Of a DNA stretch of 64,000 bases, positions 42,462 through 55,085 are shown in pieces (the first letter of the stretch is position 1; every line of letters begins with the position of its first letter). This DNA comes from Macrostomum lignano (lineage: Eukaryota), in NCBI GenBank assembly GCA_002269645.1, contig NIVC01001019.1, positions 24,186 to 88,185 of the forward strand, in the 5' to 3' direction. The position numbers and the translations under genes are program-made. Below the pieces are notes generated by a model. The model worked only from the letters and a program-made list of their open reading frames with translations. It searched no databases and was not told the DNA's origin.

Positions 42462-45400
42462 ATGCCTAAAGGCAAAAAAGGCGGCGGCAAGAAGGGAAAG
42501 AAGGGCGGCAAAAAGTCCAAGAAGGCCAAGGAACCCGGCATGACGCCAGCTGAGGCCATCTGGGACTACAAGATCAAGCTGCAGGAGCGGGAGCTGGAGG
42601 AGATCGCGTTTCAGGTGAGACCTGGCTTGTCTCCGGCAACTCCACTTGGTGCAGAGCACTAATCTAGTGACAGTGACTAGCCACTAATCTAGTGACAGTG
42701 ACTAGACACTAATCTAGTGATAGTGACAAGACACTAACCTAGTGACAGTGACAAGACACTAATATAGCGACAGTGACTAGACACTAACCTAGTGACAGTG
42801 ACTAGACACTAACCTAGTGACAGTGACTAGCCACTAATCTAGTGACAGTGACTAGACACTAACCTAGCGACAGTGACTAGACACTAACCTAGTGACAGTG
42901 ACTAGCCACTAATCTAGTGACAGTGACTAGACACTAACCTAGCGACAGTGACTAGCCACTAATCTAGTGACAGTGACTAGTATAGCCACTAATCTAGTGA
43001 CAGTGACTAGACACTAACCTAGTGACAGTGACAAGACACTAACCTAGTGACAGTGACTAGACACTAACCTAGTGACAGTGACTAGCCACTAATCTAGTGA
43101 CAGTGACTAGTATAGCCACTAATCTAGTGACAGTGACTAGTATAGCCACTAATCTAGTGACAGTGACTAGTATAGCCACTAATCTAGTGACAGCGTACTC
43201 ACATTAACAGTAATCAATCCCGCATTCAAAACGCAAAGGTAAAAGGCCAGCTGGAGATGAAGGAGCGGAACCAGGAACGGAACAAGCGTCTGGCTGAGGA
43301 GCGCGAGGCGTACATGAATATGCTGCTGAAGCGGCTGCAAGAGCAGGAGAAAAAGGACTCGCAGCACTTTACTGACCGGCCCGAGGTGGTGGCGGCTATG
43401 CAAGAGAACTGGCGACTGGAGCAGCAGGTGATCAGTGGCCAGATTGTTAGCCAGATTATCACACATCATTAGCCAGATTATCACACATCATTAGCCAGAT
43501 TATCACACATCATTAGCCAGATTATCACCCATCATTAGCCAGATTATCACCCATCATTAGCCAGATTATCAGACTCAAGTAGTCAGACAACCAGGCTCAA
43601 TTAGCCAGACAACCAGGCTCAATTAGCCAGACAATCAGGCTCAATTAGCCAGACAATCAGGCTCAATTAGCCAGACAACCAGGCTCAATTAGCCAGACAA
43701 CCAGGCTCAATTAGCCAGACAATCAGGCTCAATTAGCTAGACAACCAGGCTCAATTAGCCAGACAACCAGGCTCAATTAGCCAGACAATCAGGCTCAATT
43801 AGCCAGACAACCAGGCTCAATTAGCCAGACAACCAGGCTCAATTAGCCAGACAACCAGGCTCAATTAGCCAGACAACCAGGCTCAATTAGCCAGACAACC
43901 AGGCTCAATTAGCCAGACAACCAGGCTCAATTAGCTAGACAACCAGGCTCAATTAGCCAGACAACCAGGCTCAATTAGCCAGACAACCAGGCTCAATTAG
44001 CCAGACAACCGGCTCAATCAGCCTCGCCCGGCTTTCCCAGGAGCGGGAGGAGATCCGCAGCCTCCGCCAGGAGATCGAGCAGACCATAGCGGACACGGCA
44101 GCCACCAGGTCCGAGATTGAAACCTGGCGAGAGTTCCGCGACCGCGGCCAGCTGGAGCAGCAGACCAGCATCCGGCTGCTGCGCCAGGAGGTGCGCGACA
44201 TCGACGAGACATTTAAGTCCATGTGCGAGTACTTGGACAGGAAGACACGGCAGGACCGGGACCGCATCCAGACCACCACTGACACGGCGCTGGAGGAACA
44301 GAAGAGTCGGGCCACGGATACTGCGGTGCAGCAGCTGGACAAGAATACTAAGCAGGTCAGATTAGCAATCCATTCTATCCTTTCATAATCCTTGTTGGCT
44401 AGATTAGCCATCCATTCTATTCCTTAATAATCCATTCCGGCTAGATTAGCAGTCCATTCTATTCCTTAATAATCCATGTTGGCTAGATTAGCAGTCCATT
44501 CTATTCCTTAATAATCCATGTTGGCTAGATTAGCAGTCCATTCTATTCCTTAATAATCCATGTTGGCTAGATTAGCAATCCATTCTATTCCTTAATAATC
44601 CATGTTGGCTAGATTAGCAATCCATTCTATTCCTTAATAATCCATGTTGGCTAGATTAGCGATCCATTCTATTCCTTAATAATCCATGTTGGCTAGATTA
44701 GCAATCCATTCTATTCCTTAATAATCCATGTTGGCTAGATTAGCAATCCATTCTATTCCTTAATAATTCATGTTGGCTAGATTAGCAATCCATTTTATTC
44801 CTTAATAATTCATGTTGGCTAGATTAGCAATCCATTCTATTCCTTAATAATCCTTGTTGGCTAGATTAGCAATCCACTTATCTGCTAAGTGTAAAGCTAC
44901 ACGGGCTAGAGCTGCAGTGAATTAAAAAATACTCGGAACCATCACTGATGCGATCCGCTGAACTCCACCGCACTCGCTGACCCCCGCCCGTCGGCATCAC
45001 CCAGGAGCTTGTGGACAACAGCTGGTTGAAAGAAGAGGCTGAGACCCACCGGGCCGAGATGGAACGGGTGCTGGCCCAGGTGGAGGACCTGGAGCGTCGC
45101 AATCTGCGAATCATGGCCGACCTGTTTGAGTGCCGGGTCCAGGACCTGCGCTTCTCCAGGGACTTCTTCCTCACGCAGTTCCGGGATGGGGACAGCCTGG
45201 CTGAGCCGGGCCTGCTGGAGCTCGACCTGGACCAGGTGGGCAAAGCTCTGTGGGATTATTTGATGGGAATTCTGACAATGTGTCTATGAGGATCCTGGGG
45301 ATGTTTCATGGGGATCATGGGGATGTTTTTTGAGGATCCTGGGGATGTTTCATGAGGATCCTGGGGATGTTTCATGAGGATCCTGGGGATGTTTCATGAA

Positions 45401-46396
45401 GATCCTGGGGATGTTTCATGAGAATCCTGGGGATGTTTCATGAGAATCCTGGGGATGTTTCTATGAGGATCCTGGGGATTTGTCTATGAGGATCCTGCGG
45501 ATGCGTCTATGGGAATCTCAGGGTGTGTCAAAGGTAATCTCAGGGTGTGTCAAAGGTAATCTCAGGGTGTGTCTATGGTAATCTCAGGGTGTGTCTATGG
45601 TAATCTCAGGATGTGTCTATGGTAATCTCAGGGTGTGTCTATTGTAATCTCAGGGTGCGTCTATGGGAATCTCAGGGTGTGTCTATGGTAATCTCAGGAT
45701 GTGTCTATGGTAATCTCAGGATGTGTCTATGGTAATCTCAGGGTGTGTCTATGGGAATCTCAGGGTGTGTCTATGGTAATCTCAGGGTGTGTCTATGGGA
45801 ATCTCAGGGTGTGTCTATGGTAATCTCAGGGTGTGTCTATGGGAATCTCAGGGTGTGTCTCAGAGTGTGGAACGTTGCAGGATCTAGTTCGAGCTCAGCA
45901 CCTCAGTACATCTCTCCCTCACATTTTTCCTCTCCCTTAGGTCCTGGCCTCCAAAGGCGCCATCGGCGGCGCCGGCGATTCAGAGGACGGCGCCTCGCGC
46001 CAGCCTCGAAGCGCCTCGGAGAAGGCTCTGGAGGACCGGTTCCTGGCGCTGACCACCCGTCTGCAGTCCGCCTCGGAGCGGGGCTCCGGCGTCGGCGACA
46101 GGGACGACGACGCAGCTGACAGCGACGCTGAGGACGACATCGAGGCAGGCGACGAGGAGCTCCGCCAGCTGCTACGCGAGCTGGGCGATGACGGCCGCTC
46201 GCTAGGAGAGCTGATGAATGTCGGACCGCTGGAGGTGAAGCTGCTGAGCGTGGCTGGCAGCGCGGTGCGGCTGCACACGCCCTACGTGCCAACTGCCGAG
46301 GAGCTGGAGGCCAAGCAGTGGAACCCCGATGTGTGGCCGGTGAACCGCCGTATGCTGCACAGCTACCGGGCTGGCGGCGGCGGTGACACCGGCTGA
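42462..46396 (+). CDS. CCDC83: Coiled-coil domain-containing protein 83-like, 5 exons, about 447 aa
   Basis: join(42462-42614,43239-43427,44041-44355,45005-45235,45941-46396), all phase 0. TPAEAIWDYKIK...FQ, DNSWLKEEAETHR...DLRFSRDFFLTQ and NVGPLEVKLLSV match vertebrate CCDC83 segments as recalled (no search run). Confidence 0.8.
42655..45860. repeat. A distinct tandem array in each CCDC83 intron (about 25, 22-23, 42 and 19-21 bp units)
   Basis: 42655-43190, 43440-44020, 44360-44880, 45290-45860. Confidence 0.9.
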
Positions 46397-47932
46397 ATGC
46401 CATGGACATGCGTGCACGGATGCACGAACTGGCAGATCATTCGAATTTTGCGCTGTAGGCTTGAGAGATAGGAACAGAAATTTCACCAGAAACTTTGCAA
46501 TTGCTTTCCTGGTCTTCGGGTCAGCATGCCGTGAAAAAATAACATGAGAAACTTTTTAGAGCGACTCAGAAAAAGCAAATGCCTGCAGAATGAAAGCTTC
46601 CACATTTTGCCTCCAGTGAAATTCGCAAGATTTCGAGTGCAAAGTCCTGCTTTAGCTCGCCAGCTCGTAGTTTGTTTTACTTTTATGCTCCCAATTTACA
46701 GCAAGCATCACTGGGGGATTCTCAATTCAAATCCATGGATGATCAGACAATATTTTAGTGCTATTGATATTGCATAGTATACGAGCGTATATATAGCGCT
46801 TTTTGTTTTAATGTGATTTGTACAAACATTTACGCTCCTACATGTACATGCGTGCAAGGTTTATAAGAAAGTCGAGGATAAGCGCCTTGTACTTTAGGTT
46901 TCGACATTAACACGCGAATATTTTTTCCTATTTTATAATATTGAAATATGCATGATTTGCATATGCTATGTCTAGCTTTTTAAGCCTGCGATTACACGCA
47001 CAGATTGCTACTGTTAGTAGGATATTATTTGAAATAATATGAGCGTAATTCTTTTTCAGTGAATCGTCTCTAACCGGTTTGTTCACAATCCAAATGCATC
47101 CTGTTATAACGATTGCTTTACATGTAGCTTGCATCATACAGCCTTTCACCAAGGACCACTGTATAGTAAAACAGGACGTAAAACTTGTAGATCGTGTAAT
47201 TTTTTAGGAGGCCGATTTCCTGCAAAAAATACACTGCGGAGATAGGAAAAATTAATTTTTTTATCACAGAATCAATAGAGGGTCAGTGAAGATTACCAAT
47301 ACTTTAATTTAGCGTGCACATGTTAACTCTGTTGTATTTTACATTTTATATTTATATTTTAAAGTTAGTGAAAGTATTATTTTCATTAACATGTTGTGCA
47401 TGCTAAATTGAAGGAATGGAAATCTTCACTCCCCAGATCTAACGCAATGATTAATTTTGTGATGAAAAATAATTAATTATTCCTAACTTCGCAGTGTATT
47501 TTATTCAGGAGTTTTACGTCCTGCTATGTTAACAGTGGCCATTGCCTTTCACTTGCTCTTACTAATCCCGCGTAATCTGCAAATTCACTCAAAACACTGT
47601 CAATAAATCTGCTAGACTTGGGATTTGAACTCACCCGAGTCTTTTGCAACATAATATTGAAAATTAATGCATGAAGCAAAACTAGCGCTTTCTCATGAAT
47701 TCGTTTTACCGTATGCCAAGCTAGTGACGTCACTACTGCAAATTAAGGGTCAGCTGTTCCCGAAAATCCTATCAGTAGATTTCGCGTGCAAGTTCAGCCA
47801 GCCGAAAGCATCGGGTACAGAAATGCAGACGAACTTTTTTAAAAGTACACAGCGGGTCCCGTGATTTCCCCAAAAATAGAGCCAATAGTCTGCACCGATC
47901 TATCCAGACAGTTATAAGAAAAATAAGCTACA

Positions 47933-48210
47933 GGGGTTGTAGCTGATGGGGCTGTAGCCTGTTGGTTAGAGCGTCGGGGGTTCGATTCTCGGTCCCGCTA
48001 GAACAATTTGTGTCTTTGAGCAAGACACTCTCAAGCTCTGCATTGCTTCAGTTCACCCAGCTGTAAAATGGGTGCCAGCATTAGCTGGGGTAACTGAGGC
48101 TGTGTGTGTGGTGACCCCCAGTGTCTTTAGACTAAACAGCAATAGCTGCGGCTGAGCTGTCGGTTGCACATCTGCCCATTAGAGCAGTTGTAATCAATTA
48201 TTATTATTAC
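47933..48210 (+). mobile_element. tRNA-derived SINE with CORE-like central domain
   Basis: A-box TAGCCTGTTGG and B-box GGTTCGATTCT; central TGTGTCTTTGAGCAAGACACT...CAGTTCACCCAGCTGTAAAATGGG resembles the CORE-SINE domain; (TAT)n tail; second partial copy at 1-260. Confidence 0.75.
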
Positions 48211-49351
48211 GAGTATTAATTAATAAAAAAACTAGTTTGCTCCTTTAATGAACAACTTGCTACGTCTAAACTTCTAAACTTCTAGATTTCAAATCCAGAT
48301 TAATTACCATACAGTTAAGATTGCCTACTAAGCATACCTTTCCAGAGAAAATAATCAAGGACAAAACTTAAAAAAGCATATTTTAAGTGTTTTTGGTCAG
48401 TCACACAATGATTCGGATAATGATTATTATTATTATTATTAAGAATAATAGTAAACAGTTTTAACTTTTTGGGGGCGTTTAGTAGTATTTTATCAGCAAA
48501 AAGCGCTTGCAAAGCAAATATATCCGACTGTAAACACTAAGGCTAAGCTGCTACACACAGAGAGAAAGTTAGAGAGCTGTTCTATTGCAGCAGGTCTTGA
48601 GACAGCCAGGCGCTGCTGTGCTGTCACGTGCTAACTCGACTGCTTAGAACTTTGCCCTCCAGCTGGCCCCTCTCTATCTCTCTCTCTAGACTTTTTTCAA
48701 GGAAATCTCCGGTAATTTTCCAATCTTAACCACAGTCCAAAGTTGGAAATATGTTTGCAACACAGCGCGCCAGGTAAAACTGAACTGAACCAAAGAAAAA
48801 TAAGATAGAGATAGATATAGATTGCAACGGCGAAGGAATAAGAATGAAAAGAATACGATAGCTTAAAAATTAACCAGTCAGACACACAATATGCGAGCTT
48901 TTTTGTTCGAGTATTTTTTTTTCAATTGATCAAACAGAATCGAAGCGAGTAGAGCTGGATAAACATTTGGGGACAGAGTTTATGGAATTAGATACGCATT
49001 TACACTCTTTTCAGGTGCAAATCTAACAGGAGTTACTAACTAGTAATGTGTTAAAAATAAACTGGTGCTGGGAGTCAGGCTGAAGCAAGTTAAAAATTAA
49101 CTGATTTGAATAATAGGAGGGAAAATATTGATTATTGATGCGAGACAGAGTTTATTAAAGAAAAAAGACGAACAACACGACCTGCCCTCACTGAACAACT
49201 TTGCTTTTGCTTTGTTCTCAATTCTGCGTGCGCCCTGCCAAACTGAGCGCCCCTAGAGAGCTGGGAGCTGACTGGAGCCAGGCAGACAGAGAGCAAACAG
49301 AATTGAAAACAATGCCCAAGCAATAATTGATTTTAAAACACAACTGGTCAC

Positions 49352-50839
49352 TCAGTCCGCAATCTGATAAACCATGTAAGCGAAGTCGCCTGCCTCGATG
49401 CCCTGCCGCTCCTCCGGCCGGGGGTTGTAGCCGGCGAAGCCGAGGAAAAGAAGCGTCTTGAGCAGAGCGTCTGCAATTCCGGTTATATAGCTCTGGTGCT
49501 CAACTACTGTTAGAGGCTTAATCCGATCTGCTCGGACCTGACCTTGTAGCTTAGAGATCAGGTAATCTGCTAATCCCTGTAGCTTAGAGATCAGGTAATC
49601 TGCTAATCCCTGTAGCTTAGAGATTAAATAATCTGCTAATCTTTGTAGCTTAGGTAATTAGGTAATCTGCTAATCCCTGTAGCTTAGAGATTAAGTAACC
49701 TTCTAATCCTTGTAGCTTAGAGATTAGGTAATTTCCTAATCCTTGTAGCTTAGAGATTAGGCAATCTGCTAATCCTTGTAGCTTAGAGATCAGGTAATCT
49801 GCTAATCCCTGTAGCTTAGAGATCAGGTAATCTGCTAATCCCTGTAGCTTAGAGATCAGGTAATCTGTTAATCCTTGTAGCTTAGAGATTAAGTAATCTT
49901 GTAATCCTTGTAGCTTAGAGATTAGGCAATCTGCTAATCCTTGTAGCTTAGAGATTAAGTAATCTTCTAATCCTTGTAGCTTAGAGATTAGGTAATTTCC
50001 TAATCCTTGTAGCTTAGAGATTAGGTAATTTCCTAATCCTTGTAGCTTAGACATTAGGTAATCTGCTAATCTTTGTGGCTTAGAGATTAGGTAATTTCCT
50101 AATCCTTGTAGCTTAGAGATTAGGTAATTTCCTAATCCTTGTAGCTTAGACATTAGGTAATCTGCTAATCTTTGTGGCTTAGAGATTAGGTAATTTCCTA
50201 ATCCTTGTAGCTTAGACATTAGGTAATCTGCTAATCTTTGTGGCTTATAGATTGATATATCTGCTAATCCCTGTAATTCAAATATGACACATGCCAATCT
50301 CTGTGATAGCTTGGAAGCTCTGAATCCCGCTAATTTTCTAGCTTCGTACGAGTAGTTATTCGATTTTATGGTGTCTGAGAGCTGTTTGAAGTTAAATTTG
50401 AAATGTGAAAACCGAAGCTGCATATAATAGATGCTGACTGACTTACCTTTATCCTGCCTTCGCCGACTTACACCCAGCAGCACACGGTCGCACTGGAGCT
50501 CCTCTTCAGCAAACTCCAGCATGTCCGTCAGCTGCTGCTTCAGCCGCTCGCCCAGCTGGTCGCCCTCGGTGACGAACAGCGCCATTGTCTGGCGCTGGCC
50601 AGCACCGGGTAGCAACGTGTAAGCGAGTGGCTGACCGCCCACCCCGACCGCAAATCCAGATTGACGGCCGGCATAAGCAGACGACTCTTGGCTAACATGG
50701 GTGACAGGGGGCTTGTCGAGTGCCCCCAGGCCGCTGCCCTCTGTCAACTGTGCGCTGACTGTGGCGGCCCGGGGAGCATCAAAAACCCTGCGAAGGCCCG
50801 GCAGGCGGACGGGAGCAAAAATCGCTCAGTTCACTATTC
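49352..50839 (-). CDS. OAZ: Ornithine decarboxylase antizyme (exon 1 not located); +1 frameshift at TTT-TGA 50784-50779
   Basis: Exons 50839-50447 and 49470-49352. ORF1 ends ...GPSQGF*. The +1 frame reads DAPRAA...LTDMLEFAEEELQCDRVLLGVSRRRQDKDALLKTLLFLGF...YMVYQIAD*, the antizyme C-terminal signature. Confidence 0.92.
49540..50270. repeat. 33-bp minisatellite in the antizyme intron
   Basis: TGTAGCTTAGAGATTAGGTAATCTGCTAATCCT units. Confidence 0.93.
50702..50784 (-). promoter_or_regulatory. Antizyme +1 frameshift cassette: UUU-UGA plus 3' RNA pseudoknot
   Basis: Stem 1 pairs 50778-50764 with 50734-50721; stem 2 pairs 50746-50736 with 50712-50702. Confidence 0.8.
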
Positions 50840-50926
50840 CTGCGGGTTGAATATTTGAGATGCACTTTTTGTTATAACTTATTAGATAATGAGTGCATTG
50901 GATTATATACAGTCTACTAATAGTCT

Positions 50927-51098
50927 CATGCTTGGGCGCAACTTAGGGATTCACCCGGCCGCCTCCACTGGCAACACACACATGTAAGTCGCTATTGGAC
51001 AGAATAGTAGTCACGTGACTGCTCTCAGCCAATAGCGACTTACATGTGTGTGTTGCCAATAGAAACGGCCGAGTGATTCCCAAGGTTGCGCATGTATG
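50927..51098. mobile_element. 172-bp fold-back MITE, hAT-like
   Basis: 8-bp duplication AATAGTCT (50919-50926 and 51099-51106); perfect 29-bp inverted arms 50970-50998 and 51029-51057; central palindrome AGTCACGTGACT. Confidence 0.8.
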
Positions 51099-51369
51099 AA
51101 TAGTCTTATCTATGGCGTTTGAGAAAGTCCTTACAAAGGCAGTACCTAATGTACTTTAAATTTAAAAACATTTCAATTTTGTGGATGCACTTAAGAAAAT
51201 CATTTTTAGTATTGTGGATGGATAATTATCAAATATGCCTGCATTACAAAATTCGATATTGGCAATCATATTTGACACTATCTTTTGGTTTTTTTATTTT
51301 AGAAGCGTCATTTCAAAATGAATGAAGCATAATGTCGAACATAAAGGACTCATTGGGGAATTTGCTAAG

Positions 51370-52300
51370 ATGCCTAGGCTTGGGTGGGGGGATTGCTGAG
51401 ATGTCAAGGCTTGGGGGGATTGCTGAGATGTCAAGGCTTTGTGAGAATTGCTGAGATGGCAAGGCTTGGGGGGATTGCTGAGATGTCAAGGCTTGGGGGG
51501 ATTGCTGAGATGTCAAGGCTTGGGGGGATTGCTGAGATGTCAAGGCTTTGTGGGAATTGCTGAGATGGCAAGGCTTGGGGGGATTGCTGAGATGTCAAGG
51601 CTTTGTGAGAATTGCTGAGATGGCAAGGCTTGGGGGGATTGCTGAGATGGCAAGGCTTGGGGGGGATTGCTGAGATGTCAAGGCTTGGGGGATTGCTGAG
51701 ATGGCAAGGCTTGGGGGGATTGCTGAGATGTCAAGGCTTGGGGGGATTGCTGAGATGTCAAGGCTTGGGGGGATTGCTGAGATGTCAAGGCTTGGGGGGA
51801 TTGCTGAGATGTCAAGGCTTGGGGGATTGCTGAGATGTCAAGGCTTGGGGGATTGCTGAGATGTCAAGGCTTGGGGGATTGCTGAGATGTCAAGGCTTGG
51901 GGGATTGCTGAGATGGCAAGGCTTGGGGGATTGCTGAGATGTCAAGGCTTGGGGGGATTGCTGAGATGGCAAGGCTTGGGGGGATTGCTGAGATGGCAAG
52001 GCTTGGGGGGATTGCTGAGATGGCAAGGCTTGGGGGGATTGCTGAGATGGCAAGGCTTAGGGGGATTGCTGAGATGGCAAGGCTTGGGGGGATTGCTGAG
52101 ATGTCAAGGCTTTGTGGGAATTGCTGAGATGGCAAGGCTTGGGGGGATTGCTGAGATGACAAGGCTTGGGGGGGGGATTGCTGAGATGGCAAGGCTTGGG
52201 GGGATTGCTGAGATGTCAAGGCTTTGTGGGAATTGCTGAGATGGCAAGGCTTGGGGGGATTGCTGAGATGGCAAGGCTTGGGGGGATTGCTAAGATGTCA
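51370..52300. repeat. About 24-27-bp GGCTTGGGGGGATTGCTGAGATGTCAA minisatellite
   Basis: Direct inspection. Confidence 0.93.
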
Positions 52301-55085
52301 AAGCTGAGGTCAGAAGCTATATGTAGTTTATTGAAAAAAAAAATTTTTTACATTTTTATTGGCTCCCTGATGGGGGATGCTGATTGCTATTCAATAATAT
52401 TTGTATGCACTGTTAGATCAATAAGGTTGACAAAGTGCAAGGTAGAGTTTAAATTAGTATTGTTTAATAGTAGAGGTCATACAATATTTCAATCTCAGAA
52501 TTATTTGAGATTTAGACCTTTTTCTTGATCAAATCTTGATTTAAAAAGTGCCAAAAATCTAAGATACAAAAAAGTAAACTAAAACCCCTAGGCTAGATAC
52601 CAATATATTGAATAAAGTAAAAACATATATCTACTAGACACCAATATAAACACATTGACTTTTAACTGATTCAAACTAGTGCCAAAAATCCAATCCATTT
52701 TAGTATCACCAATATTAAGGGATTTAGCCATACTTTGGAAAAATGGGCATATTCTAAAAACTTCTATACTTTTTTAACAAGTTTAAGGTTTTGCTATTTA
52801 ATAGAAATGTACAAAGTTTATTTTATTTTCAAATATAAAATGTTGTATAAATACAACTGTTATTTTTATTTTTTAGCTTTGAATTATTTAAATTAAATAT
52901 CTGAATTACTATAGTCTAGCAGTAAAATTTCAAAATTGATAATGCAAAGTGGAAAAAATGAAGCTAAATATTTAATTCATATTTGGTATAAATTGGCATA
53001 CACTAAAATAGTTTTTTCTCTAGGGTACTTTGTCCTTGGTCCTTTGAACTATTGGGTTTATACAAGTTGCAAAATAATAAAGTCTAAAATCTTGAAGTCT
53101 CAATTGTATTGCATTGTCAAACAATATTGAATCTTGAAACTCTCAAAAATTTTACTTTGTCAGATCCCTATTTAATATTTGGCTATAAATTGCCTACTAT
53201 TCTAAGGATATGCTGCTTAATGATTGGCAAGAGCTTAGAGCTTTGCAATACTAAAAAATAAAAAATAAAAAAGATAGAAATAATGGCATTAAGAAAATAA
53301 AATAGAAAAAGCAAAACTAAATAAGAAACTAAAGGAGAATAAAAATAATATACATAGTAAAAGGAACAAACTAAGTTACAAAAAACATCAGATAAGCTGT
53401 AAAACTAAGTTGCACAGATGCTAATATTATAATTTTAGAGGCTATATATATGGGTGCTAATAGAGATTCACTATAGATAATTTTGCCAAAGGTTAATTCA
53501 ATATCAATCTAGTCAAACTCAGTCACAATAAAGGAAGACCTGTGCATAATCTTATCAATTCTTTTAATATAATGATATTAGTCAATATACTAGCTAATTA
53601 GAGCTGGCTGCCAGCATCCAGAATAATTTTATTGCTCCCCCTTTAAGTGGGGCCCAGTGAGTTTTCTTATCAGTTGGCTCTGGTACAATAATTGAAATTG
53701 GCTGTGAAGTTTCTCCCTAATAAAATTTGCATTGAAAAAGCCCATTTTAAACAGTTTTTCAAATATTTAATCCTTTTAGCATTGAAGCAGATACAAGAAA
53801 TTTTAACCATCTTCTTTCCAGAGGATTTTGCATTTTTTGGCGAAAATATGATCAAAATCAGCCACGAATTGCAATCTGTAAAGTGTTATGGACAAATATA
53901 CGAACCTTAAAAGATTTAGTATATTTAGATTTATTAAATTTTTCTTTTAGGCTTTTAATTGAGTTTGTTCTATCGATTATTTATCATGTACTTGATCCAA
54001 ATGGCTATCTAAGAAATGTGTTCTTTCTTGAAGGTCAGCATAAAAATTTATTTTGATTGAATGCATTTTTTCTATCAAAGGTCATGAGCTTTAGTATAAA
54101 GAGGTTTAGTTATATAGAGATTACTTCATTTCTTTCATACTTCTTTTGCTAAGCATTTGCTTTGCTAATAAGCATTCTAAAAAACTTTACATGTAATTTG
54201 CTTTAACTTGTAAAGATTCCAAAAGTGCCAAAAGTGCATTCCAAAAGTGCATTTTCTGTCAAAATTGAAATTTGGTACTTTCCAAAATTAAAATTTTCCT
54301 TAATTGAAATTCAGAAAAACCTTTTTTAGTATGACTAACACTCACTTTTTCACTTTTGATTTACAGCTCATGCAAAACAAAAAATGTACTAATATATATA
54401 ACATAACTTCATATATTTTAGCCACTACATAAATTCCTCATTGCCATTGAATTCAAATACTTTTTTCTATAAAATCCAGTTATTCCTTGCTATTAGATAG
54501 AAGCATACCTATAATGTGGTATAGTAAGGTACTAAATAATAGGATAAGGCAAGGACTATATAAAGAATAGACATTTAACTCTCTTTTCTATACATGACAT
54601 TTTCTTTTGCTCTCAATTGCTTCTACATATATTATCACTTGATGTATGGTAATGTACACTAAATAGCAATAATTGCAATTGTGTAAACCATACATGCATC
54701 TTTGTACTATAATATGAGCAAAATATGCAATATATTAGGCAAACACTTTTATAGCTCTTTCAAGTTTTGCAAAATTTACAAAAATTTACAGTTCCACAAA
54801 CATGCTATAAACATTTTTATCAAATTCATAATATTCATAAGACAGTAATAAAGTTCTAAGAATATAAAAATTACATGAAAAATTTCAGAACTAAACACTT
54901 AAATTTGTTTACATTAAATTTGCTATCAAAATTAATTGTTGCCAAATTTGCCTATATCCATGCCAATCTTGTGGAGGCCCTTTTGAGGAAAATTCCCATG
55001 CACAAAGGCTTTAAAAAAATCTGTGCCATCTACAGAGTGGCACATAGCCATTTTCATCAACATGTAGCTATGCATTTAGTGTGCA

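Noticed and set aside
47948-48000. tRNA gene
   Set aside because: No anticodon arm or acceptor stem; it is the head of a SINE.
49650-50446. 365-aa ORF with 11-aa repeats as a single antizyme-like protein
   Set aside because: A GTAAGT donor at 50446 and a downstream exon supply the true antizyme C-terminus; the repeat part is intronic.
52320-55070. Short AT-rich ORFs (60-150 aa) in 52-58 kb and 46.5-49 kb
   Set aside because: Low GC unlike genuine exons here, no recognisable motifs, and mostly non-ATG starts.
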